This document shows, piece after piece, positions 8,589 through 23,192 of a stretch of 64,000 nt of DNA; positions within the stretch are counted from its first letter, which is position 1, and each line of letters opens with the position of its first letter. The notes under the pieces were generated by a model. That model made no database searches. It had not been told where the DNA came from and saw only the letters and a list, made by a program, of their open reading frames with translations. The position numbers were made by a program, and so were the translations under genes. The DNA is from Candidatus Parcubacteria bacterium (lineage in GTDB: Bacteria > Patescibacteriota > Minisyncoccia > Phycocordibacterales > UBA2100): assembly GCA_041168925.1 (NCBI GenBank), contig JBEEJY010000019.1, positions 2,384 to 66,383 of the forward strand, read 5' to 3'.

Positions 8589-9191
8589 ATGCGCTGCGTC
8601 ATTGGCATCGACGAGGCGGGGCGGGGGCCGCTGGCAGGGCCGGTCGCGGTCGGAGCCGTGATGGTGCCGATAGATTTTGATTGGAGAGCGCTTCCCGGAG
8701 TTAAAGATTCGAAACAGCTGCGTTCGCAGGTGCGCGAGCGCATTTTTAGCGATATGCAAGCGCTCGAGAGACGGGGCAAACTCCGCTACGCCGTCAGGTT
8801 TTCGTCCTCGGCGATGATCGACCGCGTCGGCATAACGCGCGCCGTGAAGCGCGCGCTTTTATGCGCGCTCGAGGCGCTCGAGGCGGATCCCGCGGGTGTC
8901 TGCGTCTTGCTCGATGGAAGCCTCTATGCTCCATCTCACTATGTGGAACAGCGCACCATCATCCGCGGCGATGAGACGGAGCCCGTGATATCGCTCGCCT
9001 CGATTGCGGCCAAAGTCGTGCGCGATAGGCGAATGGAAAGATTCGCGGAAAGCTTGCCCGCGTGGGGTTTTGAGGAACACAAAGGGTACGGAACGCACGA
9101 GCACATCCGCGCGATTGCGCGAATGGGACTCTCGGAGATACATCGGGCGTCATTCTGCGCCGGGTTGCGAATCGGCTCAAAATCAGTATAG
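8589..9191 (+). CDS. rnhB: Ribonuclease HII
   Basis: IGIDEAGRGPLAGPV motif. Start placed at MRCVIGIDE. Confidence 0.9.
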   Translation: MRCVIGIDEAGRGPLAGPVAVGAVMVPIDFDWRALPGVKDSKQLRSQVRERIFSDMQALERRGKLRYAVRFSSSAMIDRVGITRAVKRALLCALEALEADPAGVCVLLDGSLYAPSHYVEQRTIIRGDETEPVISLASIAAKVVRDRRMERFAESLPAWGFEEHKGYGTHEHIRAIARMGLSEIHRASFCAGLRIGSKSV

Positions 9192-9201
9192 TAGGGCCAC
9201 C

Positions 9202-9474
9202 ATGGTAGTACGAATGCGTCGCAATCGCTCGCAGACCGCCAAGCGGCGCTCTCACCACGCACTCAGTGCCACGCGGCTCGCCGCGTGCGAGTGCGGCGCG
9301 CTTCGCGTCTCGCACCGCGCGTGCCCGAAGTGCGGAAAATACAACGGCAGAGTCATCGTCGACATCGTCGGAAAGGCGGCGCGCGAAGCGCGCCGCACGA
9401 AGCGTCGCGAAAAGGAGCTTCGCGCCAGCGGTCAATCCAGCGAGACCAAAGAAAAAGAAACTATCCATTCATAA
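9202..9474 (+). CDS. rpmF: 50S ribosomal protein L32
   Basis: MVVRMRRNRSQTAKRRSHHAL plus a CxxC...CxxC zinc ribbon (CECG..CPKCG), followed by a basic C-terminal extension. Confidence 0.8.
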   Translation: MVVRMRRNRSQTAKRRSHHALSATRLAACECGALRVSHRACPKCGKYNGRVIVDIVGKAAREARRTKRREKELRASGQSSETKEKETIHS

Positions 9475-9548
9475 CTCATCCACAGGCTGGTTCATACACA
9501 TTTGCGTCTCTCTCTGTATACTGAAGTCAACGTAGTTGTTCTTTCGCT

Positions 9549-10460
9549 ATGGCAAATCGTCACCTAGCCCGTTCCGTCGTTCTCCAAGTTCTCTTCGAGC
9601 GCGATTCCTCGGATGGCAAAATGACCTCTGATGAAGCGCTCTCGCGTCTCTCGGATTACTCGCAAGAATTCGGCGCGCGCGAATCCGATATGCCGTTCAT
9701 GAAAGATCTACTTAAGACGGCAATCGCGAAGCAAAAAGAGATCGACGATGTGATCACGCGCGCCGCTCCCGAGTGGCCGCTCGAAAAAATAGCCGCGATC
9801 GATCGCAATGTCTTGCGGCTCGGCCTGACTGAGCTTCTCTTCGCCGACCGCACGCAGGTGCCGGCCAAGGTCGCGATCAATGAGGCGATCGAGCTCGCGA
9901 AATCCTTCGGCTCCTCCTCGTCGGGCCGTTTCGTCAACGGTGTTTTGGGCGCAGTCTACATCGAGCTCGGCGAGCCGGGGAAAAACGAAGGCGGCGCGCG
10001 CAAAAAAGATCCTCAGAAGCCGGTAAAAATGCTGACGGAACACCTGGCCGGAGCGGTCGTCTATGCAAGACACGAAGGCGAGACGTACCTCGCGTTCGTG
10101 CACGACATTTTCGGCCACTGGACGATCTCAAAAGGGAAGATTGAGGATGGCGAAGACGTCAAGCAAGGCGCAGTACGCGAGATAAAAGAAGAGATGGGAA
10201 TCGACATCACGATCATCCAGGAACTCGGAGTCAATGAGTACCTGGCCAACGACAGCAAAGTCGAGGGCGGCAAGAAGAGAAAGCGCGTCACCTATTTTCT
10301 CGCGGAATCGCCTTTTAGCGAGCTCCACCTCGGCTCTTCGGGAGGGCTCGACGACGCGCAATGGTTCCCGCTTTCCGCGGTAGGAGATCTCAATTTTTAC
10401 GACGACACGCTCAAAATCATCGTCCCGGCGATCAATGCGCTGGCAAAGAAGCAAAAATGA
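9549..10460 (+). CDS. nusB: NusB-like antitermination domain fused to a NUDIX hydrolase domain
   Basis: The N-terminal half resembles NusB (ARSVVLQVLFERD...NGVLGAV). The C-terminal half carries a Nudix box (GHWTISKGKIEDGEDVKQGAVREIKEEMGI). Confidence 0.8.
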   Translation: MANRHLARSVVLQVLFERDSSDGKMTSDEALSRLSDYSQEFGARESDMPFMKDLLKTAIAKQKEIDDVITRAAPEWPLEKIAAIDRNVLRLGLTELLFADRTQVPAKVAINEAIELAKSFGSSSSGRFVNGVLGAVYIELGEPGKNEGGARKKDPQKPVKMLTEHLAGAVVYARHEGETYLAFVHDIFGHWTISKGKIEDGEDVKQGAVREIKEEMGIDITIIQELGVNEYLANDSKVEGGKKRKRVTYFLAESPFSELHLGSSGGLDDAQWFPLSAVGDLNFYDDTLKIIVPAINALAKKQK

Positions 10461-10470
10461 GATACCCCTC

Positions 10471-11160
10471 ATGCCTGATTTCAAAACATTCCAATCGAAA
10501 CTCGGCTATCGGTTCAAAGACGGACGTTTGCTGGAACAGGCGTTCACGCACCGCTCCTATCTCAACGAGAATCGGGCGAGCGGGAAGGAACATAACGAAC
10601 GCTTGGAATTTTTGGGCGACGCCGTACTCGAACTCGTCGTCACGGAATTTCTGTACGCAAAATATCCAGACAAACCGGAAGGCGATCTTACCGCCTATCG
10701 CGCCGCGCTCGTGAACACCGTCTCCATTTCTGCGGCCGCAACGGCGCTCGGGATGAACGACTACCTGCTTTTGTCGCGGGGCGAAGCAAGAGACACGGGC
10801 CGCGCGCGGCAGATCATCCTCGCCAATGCGTTCGAGGCCCTCATCGGCGCCCTCTATCTCGATTCCGGTTACGATGTCGCGAAAGGATTCATATCCGAAC
10901 AACTGTTCCACAAGACCGAAGAAGTGGTCGAAAAGCGCCTCTGGCAAGACGCCAAGAGCCGTCTTCAAGAAATCGCCCAAGAGCTGCTCAAAGTGACGCC
11001 GCGCTATGAGGTCGTGAGCCAAGCCGGGCCCGATCACGACCGCACTTTCATCGTCGCCGCCATTCTCGGGAGTACGAAAGTCGCGTCGGGCGAAGGCCGA
11101 TCCAAGCAGGAGGCGGAACAAGACGCTGCGGAGAAGGCCCTTGCGGCGAAGGGGTGGTAG
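10471..11160 (+). CDS. rnc: Ribonuclease III
   Basis: FTHRSYLNE, ERLEFLGDAV, C-terminal dsRBD. An alternative upstream start at 10435 overlaps the nusB stop. Confidence 0.9.
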   Translation: MPDFKTFQSKLGYRFKDGRLLEQAFTHRSYLNENRASGKEHNERLEFLGDAVLELVVTEFLYAKYPDKPEGDLTAYRAALVNTVSISAAATALGMNDYLLLSRGEARDTGRARQIILANAFEALIGALYLDSGYDVAKGFISEQLFHKTEEVVEKRLWQDAKSRLQEIAQELLKVTPRYEVVSQAGPDHDRTFIVAAILGSTKVASGEGRSKQEAEQDAAEKALAAKGW

Positions 11161-11313
11161 CGGCCATTGTCGCAGACGGATTGTTCCGTACGGGAGGAGC
11201 GTGAAATACGTGTTCCTTAGTGCGTTCTAATACGGCGTTATCGTTCACTCAGATTTCGACCTGCGACCCTCGGACGAGCCGGGGGCCGACGTTTTTTTGG
11301 TACAATGAGGTGA

Positions 11314-13539
11314 ATGTTTTTGGCGCTCAAATCCATCGAGCTTTCGGGATTCAAGTCTTTCGGCAAGAAGACCGAACTGCGTTTCAGCTCCCCCATCGCC
11401 GGCGTCGTGGGGCCTAACGGTTCCGGGAAAAGCAATGTCGCGGAGGCGTTTCGCTTCGTTCTCGGCGAGCAGTCGATGAAAAGCATGAGATCGAAGCGCG
11501 GGGAAGACCTCATCTGGGGCGGTTCGCCGGCGTTGCCGCGACAGAATCGTGCGGGAGTGAAGGTAGTTTTCGACAACGCTCCCGGCCGCTCGGGCAATCG
11601 TCTGCTCGACATCGATTTTCAGGAGGTGATCATCGAGCGGATCGTGTATCGCGACGGACAGAACGAATATCTCCTGAACGGCACGCAGGTACGTTTGAAA
11701 GACGTTATTCGGTTGCTTGCTGGTGCCAACATCGGCGGCTCTGGGTACCAGATTATCTCTCAAGGAGAGGCCGATCGTATTTTGAACGCTCGGCCGCGCG
11801 AGCGCCGCGAGATGGTAGAGGATGCGCTCGGGTTAAAGCTCTACCAACACAAAAAAGCAGAGAGCGAACGCAAACTCGAAGAAACCGCCCATAATATCGA
11901 AAAAACCAAATCATTACGGCGCGAAATCGCGCCGCACCTCAATTTTCTGCGCTCGCAGGTGGAAAAGATAGAAAAGGCGCGAGAACTGAAAGAAGAACTC
12001 GCGCAAAAGCTCAGTGAGTATCTCGCTCGCGAAAGCGCCTGGATCACGCAGGAAGACGCGCGTTTGCGCGAGGAGGCCAAAGCACAGGAAGTCGAGCTCA
12101 AAGAGCTCGGCGAGCGCGTCGCGAAGGTTAAGGATAAGGGCGCGCATGGAAGCGGCGACGCGCTCGCCTCGCTTCGGCAGACGATCCTTGAGCGAGAGGG
12201 CAAACTCGCCCAAGCGCGCAGAGAAAGCGAGCGCCTCGCTCGAGAGCTTGGGCGCGCCGAGGCGCGGGCCGATGCGAACACCGTCACGACCGAACAGCTC
12301 GTTGCTATTCCGCACGTGCGCACTTTTGCGCGCGAGATCTCCGACGAACTTTCTTCTGCGGAGCGGGAAGGCGACCTCGGAGTAATACGAAGCAAGCTCG
12401 CGCAATTGCGAGAGAAGATCCGCGTCTTCGTCGATGGGCTCTCGGGCAGCGCGCCGGAGACAAGCGAAGAGGCGAAACAGCAGGTGCGCTCGCTCGGCGA
12501 TTCGCTCGCGCGCGTGCAAAAAGAAGAATCGGCACTTGCCGCAGAGCTTGAGGAGTTGCGTAAAAAGATCTCTGAATCCCGGGAAGCGTCTCTCGTTGCC
12601 GAACGCGATCTCACAGTGCTTGAAGCGGGAGCGCGAGAAGCTCAGGGAAAACTCAATTCGATACAGGCGGCGCGAGGAAACAACGCGCAGTCGCGAAAGC
12701 GTTTCGAGGAAGAAGTGCGGGAGGGTATCGCGCTCATCGGCAGCGGCACTCGCGCGTGGGAGAAAATCGGCATGCCCGACGGGGCGCTTTCCGAACCGCG
12801 CGAAGCTCAGGAGAAGCGGAGGCGCGATATCGAACGGCTGAAAATAAAGATCGAAGAATCCGGCATAGGCAACGGGGATGCGGTTGTCAGGGAATTCACG
12901 CAGACGAAAGACCGGGAAGAGTTCCTTGCCAAAGAGCTTGCCGACCTCGAAGCTTCCCGCGAAAAGCTCGAGGACATTATCGCGGAGCTCGAAAAAACCA
13001 TCGACGCGCACTTCACGGAAGGTCTGAAACAGATCAACGCAGCCTTAAGCGGCTTTTTCTCCAAGCTTTTCGGGGGCGGCCACGCGAAGCTTTTTGTCGA
13101 AGAACCGCGGCGGTTGAGGCGCTCGAAAGGCGAAGATTTGGAAGACGACGAAGACGAAGATGTCCCCGAAGAGGACGAACTCTATGCGGGGCTCAGTATC
13201 GACGTCTCGCTTCCGCGCAAAAAGATCCGCGGGCTCGAGGTGCTCTCCGGCGGCGAGCGAGCGCTCACGTCGATCGCCCTTATCTTTTCAATGACTCAGG
13301 TGAACCCACCGCCGTTTCTCATTCTCGATGAGACCGACGCGGCGCTCGATGAGGCCAACAGCAAGCGCTATGCCGACATGATCTGCGAGCTGGGGCAGAA
13401 GAGCCAGCTCATCGTCATCACCCACAATCGCGCCACGATGAGTGCCGCAGGAGAGCTCTACGGCGTCACCATGGGGCAGGACGGCGTATCGAAGTTGTTG
13501 TCGGTGAAGTTGGAGGAAGCCGAGCGGGTCGCAAAGTAA
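11314..13539 (+). CDS. smc: SMC-family chromosome-segregation ATPase, compact 741-aa form
   Basis: N-terminal Walker A (GPNGSGKSN), long coiled coils, C-terminal signature LSGGERALTSIA and Walker B (LILDETD). Confidence 0.8.
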   Translation: MFLALKSIELSGFKSFGKKTELRFSSPIAGVVGPNGSGKSNVAEAFRFVLGEQSMKSMRSKRGEDLIWGGSPALPRQNRAGVKVVFDNAPGRSGNRLLDIDFQEVIIERIVYRDGQNEYLLNGTQVRLKDVIRLLAGANIGGSGYQIISQGEADRILNARPRERREMVEDALGLKLYQHKKAESERKLEETAHNIEKTKSLRREIAPHLNFLRSQVEKIEKARELKEELAQKLSEYLARESAWITQEDARLREEAKAQEVELKELGERVAKVKDKGAHGSGDALASLRQTILEREGKLAQARRESERLARELGRAEARADANTVTTEQLVAIPHVRTFAREISDELSSAEREGDLGVIRSKLAQLREKIRVFVDGLSGSAPETSEEAKQQVRSLGDSLARVQKEESALAAELEELRKKISESREASLVAERDLTVLEAGAREAQGKLNSIQAARGNNAQSRKRFEEEVREGIALIGSGTRAWEKIGMPDGALSEPREAQEKRRRDIERLKIKIEESGIGNGDAVVREFTQTKDREEFLAKELADLEASREKLEDIIAELEKTIDAHFTEGLKQINAALSGFFSKLFGGGHAKLFVEEPRRLRRSKGEDLEDDEDEDVPEEDELYAGLSIDVSLPRKKIRGLEVLSGGERALTSIALIFSMTQVNPPPFLILDETDAALDEANSKRYADMICELGQKSQLIVITHNRATMSAAGELYGVTMGQDGVSKLLSVKLEEAERVAK

Positions 13540-13568
13540 TATTATTGATGACCGTGCAAGCGGCATAA

Positions 13569-13673
13569 ATGGGTGCGAATGCGGTCATCGGAGTGCGTTA
13601 CGACGCGACCGATATGAGTACAGGTATCACGGAGGTGTTGGCCTACGGCGCCGCAGTCGTCGAGCGTGTTTAA
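13569..13673 (+). pseudogene. Remnant (C-terminal 34 codons) of a UPF0145/YbjQ-family gene
   Basis: [34 protein letters not shown] resembles the conserved YbjQ C-terminus (GA.AV.G...D). An in-frame stop lies immediately upstream. Confidence 0.4.
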
Positions 13674-13754
13674 TCCGCAGATGAAATCAAAAGTTGCTTG
13701 AGTGCGGGTCTCGCCGTAGAGTACTGCTGGCAACCGCAGAAAAAGGAGGTCGGG

Positions 13755-14576
13755 ATGACCAGTGCGGCAAAAGGGAAACGAAAAAAGGTCGTAATCGTCG
13801 CGTCGGATGGAAGCGGAAAGTCGGGTCTGCAGTTGAGCAGGTCGATCCTCGAACTTTTCGGGGTATCCGATGTCGTACTGCGCCCGCATCCGAAGGTGAC
13901 GAGAGTCGAGCGCATCCAACAAATCGTGCGGGAGGCTCATAGCTTGGGAGCGTCCGTCGTGTACACGTTTCGAAGCCGTTCACACCGGGACTTAATGAAC
14001 GACATGACGATGGAGCACGGAATCGCGGCCGTCGATTTATCGGGTCCGATCATCGACATGTTCTCGAAATGGCTGCATGCCGAACCGACGCATAAGCCGA
14101 GCCACGAGGAATCCGATCGGCGATTCCATGCCCGCGATTTTCTCGACAAGCACGAGGACGGTCAGAATCCCGAGGGGCTCCCGGACGCCGATGCAATCAT
14201 CGTCGGGCCAAGCCGCACGATGAAGACGCCGACGTGTCGGGAGCTCGCTAGCGTGCATTTCATGCTCGTCGCGAACGTGCCACTTACGACGACGGAACTG
14301 CCGCTCCAACTTTTCCTTGTCCCGAAACACAAGGTCTTTGTTTTCGTCATGTCTTCGGCCGAGAGACTGGCCCGGTATCGTACAAAACGCGGCCAGAATG
14401 GAAGACTGGGATCGCAATACCTCGACGTGAACTTGATCGCGCAGGAGTTGAACAGAGCGCGCAGGCTCGCCGAGAAAAACGGCTGGACGATCATCGACGT
14501 TGCCGGCCAGGCACCCGAGGAACTGGCAACCGAGATCATCGAGATACTCCAATCGCGCAACGGGTGTTCGGAATAG
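13755..14576 (+). CDS. Putative PPDK/PEP-synthetase regulatory kinase-pyrophosphorylase (DUF299)
   Basis: ADAIIVGPSRTMKTPTCRELAS P-loop-like motif typical of PDRP/PSRP. Start placed at MTSAAKGK. Confidence 0.75.
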   Translation: MTSAAKGKRKKVVIVASDGSGKSGLQLSRSILELFGVSDVVLRPHPKVTRVERIQQIVREAHSLGASVVYTFRSRSHRDLMNDMTMEHGIAAVDLSGPIIDMFSKWLHAEPTHKPSHEESDRRFHARDFLDKHEDGQNPEGLPDADAIIVGPSRTMKTPTCRELASVHFMLVANVPLTTTELPLQLFLVPKHKVFVFVMSSAERLARYRTKRGQNGRLGSQYLDVNLIAQELNRARRLAEKNGWTIIDVAGQAPEELATEIIEILQSRNGCSE

Positions 14577-14606
14577 CCCTGGATACGTCTCGAGCAGACA
14601 CGACGT

Positions 14607-14656
14607 GCCGGCGCCCCGCAGAGGGCGCCGGCATTGATTTTTGGGCTCTTTTTTAG
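14607..14656 (+). terminator. Rho-independent terminator
   Basis: 9-bp GC stem (GCCGGCGCC...GGCGCCGGC) followed by ATTGATTTTTGGGCTCTTTTTT. Confidence 0.6.
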
Positions 14657-14671
14657 TACAGTGTCGCAGTT

Positions 14672-15046
14672 ATGTTGAAGATTCGAATGCAGCGGACGGG
14701 GCGCACCAACAGCCCCTCGTTTCGCATTGTCGTCACCGAACACACCGCGTCTCCCAAGGCGGGGAAGTTCGTGGAGAAAGTCGGCACGTACAACCCAAAG
14801 ACGAAAGAGCGCAACCTCGATGGGGAGCGCGTAAAATACTGGATGTCGGTCGGCGCGAAGCCTTCGGCGACCGTGCACAATATGCTTGTTTCTCTCGGTG
14901 CCATTTCCGGCAAAAAGATCAATGTATTACCTGCCTACAAAGCTCCCGCCCCGGCAGATGCCGCGCAAAGCGAGCCCGCAGCTGCCCCGGCTGAAGCGCC
15001 GGCTCCTGATTCAGAACCCGTTGCGGCCGAAGCGAAGCAGGAGTAG
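14672..15046 (+). CDS. rpsP: 30S ribosomal protein S16
   Basis: MLKIRMQRTGRTNSPSFRIVV, with an Ala/Pro-rich C-terminal tail. Confidence 0.9.
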   Translation: MLKIRMQRTGRTNSPSFRIVVTEHTASPKAGKFVEKVGTYNPKTKERNLDGERVKYWMSVGAKPSATVHNMLVSLGAISGKKINVLPAYKAPAPADAAQSEPAAAPAEAPAPDSEPVAAEAKQE

Positions 15047-15088
15047 TGGTATACTGGCAAGTACTTACAATAATAATGGGCACTCCCT

Positions 15089-15436
15089 ATGGAACGCGAT
15101 CAGCAATTCCTTGAGTACGTGGTAAAAGCACTCGTTGATAATCCGGATGACGTCAAGATCAATCGGACGGTCGATGAAATGGGCGTTTTGCTCACGCTTT
15201 CGGTCAACAAGGACGACATGGGTAAAGTGATCGGCCGCTCCGGCGCCACGGCGAAGGCGATCCGCACGGTGCTTCGCGTCGTCGGTATGAAAAACGACGC
15301 CCGCGTCAACCTCAAGATCGAAGAGCCGGAAGGATCAGATCGTAGCGGGATTGGCATGGGCGATGAGTCTTCGAAACCTTATGAGCGTGATACGACCGTC
15401 GACGACGTCATCAAAGACCTGAAAGGCGGTAATTAA
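15089..15436 (+). CDS. KH-domain RNA-binding protein (YlqC-like)
   Basis: KH motif VIGRSGATAKAIRTV, located between rpsP and trmD. Confidence 0.8.
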   Translation: MERDQQFLEYVVKALVDNPDDVKINRTVDEMGVLLTLSVNKDDMGKVIGRSGATAKAIRTVLRVVGMKNDARVNLKIEEPEGSDRSGIGMGDESSKPYERDTTVDDVIKDLKGGN

Positions 15437-15441
15437 CGCCT

Positions 15442-16083
15442 ATGGTGCATTTTCATATCGTGACTCTGTTCCCGGAGTCTATCGAGCCCTATCTCAAGAG
15501 TTCCATCATCGGCCGCGCACTGAAGGCAAAGAAAATAAAGGTCTCCTTTTACGACCCCAAGAAATTCACACGCGACAAATACGGCCGCGTGGACCGCAGG
15601 CCGTATGGCGGCGGGCCGGGGATGGTCCTCGAGCCAGACGGCATGTTGCGGGCGGCGGAAAAAGCCCTGAAAGGGAAGAGGAACTCGGAAAAATTATTTT
15701 TTGCCACCGATGGCGTACGCTTCGACGAAGCGATGGCAAGAAAGCTCTCGAGGAAACGAGACGTTCTTTTGGTCGCCGGACATTACGAAGGGGTCGACGC
15801 GCGCGTGCAGAAGATACTGAAAGCGAAGAAAGTGTCGATTGGTCCATTCGTACTGACCGGCGGCGAGCTGCCTGCGGCGATTGTCATCGACGCGGTCGCT
15901 CGTTTCGTGCCTGGAGTTCTCGGCAAAGCCGAATCACTCGAAGCGGCACGAGTTTCGAGTCCGGAGGTGTACACGCGTCCGGACGTGCTCGTTTGGAAAG
16001 GGAAAACATACAAGGTCCCGGAAGTTCTCAAGAGCGGGCATCACGCCAAGATCGAGGAGTGGAAAATGAAGAGGCGCCGGTAG
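15442..16083 (+). CDS. trmD: tRNA (guanine37-N1)-methyltransferase
   Basis: MVHFHIVTLFPE... SPOUT-family TrmD signature. Confidence 0.9.
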   Translation: MVHFHIVTLFPESIEPYLKSSIIGRALKAKKIKVSFYDPKKFTRDKYGRVDRRPYGGGPGMVLEPDGMLRAAEKALKGKRNSEKLFFATDGVRFDEAMARKLSRKRDVLLVAGHYEGVDARVQKILKAKKVSIGPFVLTGGELPAAIVIDAVARFVPGVLGKAESLEAARVSSPEVYTRPDVLVWKGKTYKVPEVLKSGHHAKIEEWKMKRRR

Positions 16084-16120
16084 ACAACCGGTAAACGAGC
16101 GGACGGGGGAATCCCCACTC

Positions 16121-16150
16121 CCTTGACACTAAAAAACCTTCATATATAGT
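16121..16150 (+). promoter_or_regulatory. Candidate promoter for rpoBC
   Basis: TTGACA, 16-17 nt, TATAGT, about 125 nt upstream of rpoB. Confidence 0.4.
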
Positions 16151-16273
16151 GTCCGCACATTTGCACAAGGCTTGATTGAGTTGCGGATGCGTCTTTGGCA
16201 AAGGTTTTGATACGACAATTTAATAACGCTCACACCAGCAGCGAGAAGTGCTGCGCGGTTAGCTTGTTGCACA

Positions 16274-23127
<6,854 letters not shown>

Positions 23128-23192
23128 CTCTCTGCGATGACTTCAGTGAGCCGGCGTTCGCACTTTTCATACGAAAAGCGCATAATGGCCGC

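Noticed and set aside
8110-8680. Plus-strand ORFs 8110..8424, 8138..8680 and the 5' extension of the rnhB frame (8388..8588)
   Set aside because: Arg/Pro-rich and overlapping a better-supported minus-strand small gene (8174..8470, which has an RBS). rnhB clearly begins at the MRCVIGIDEAGRG Met.
9004-9201. Upstream extension of the rpmF reading frame
   Set aside because: L32 homology starts at MVVRMRRN. The extension overlaps the rnhB 3' end and has no support.
11914-13011. 365-aa and 257-aa minus-strand ORFs inside smc
   Set aside because: Antisense to SMC coiled-coil coding sequence (a GAA/GAG-rich sense strand gives a Phe/Leu/Ser-rich antisense frame). No features.
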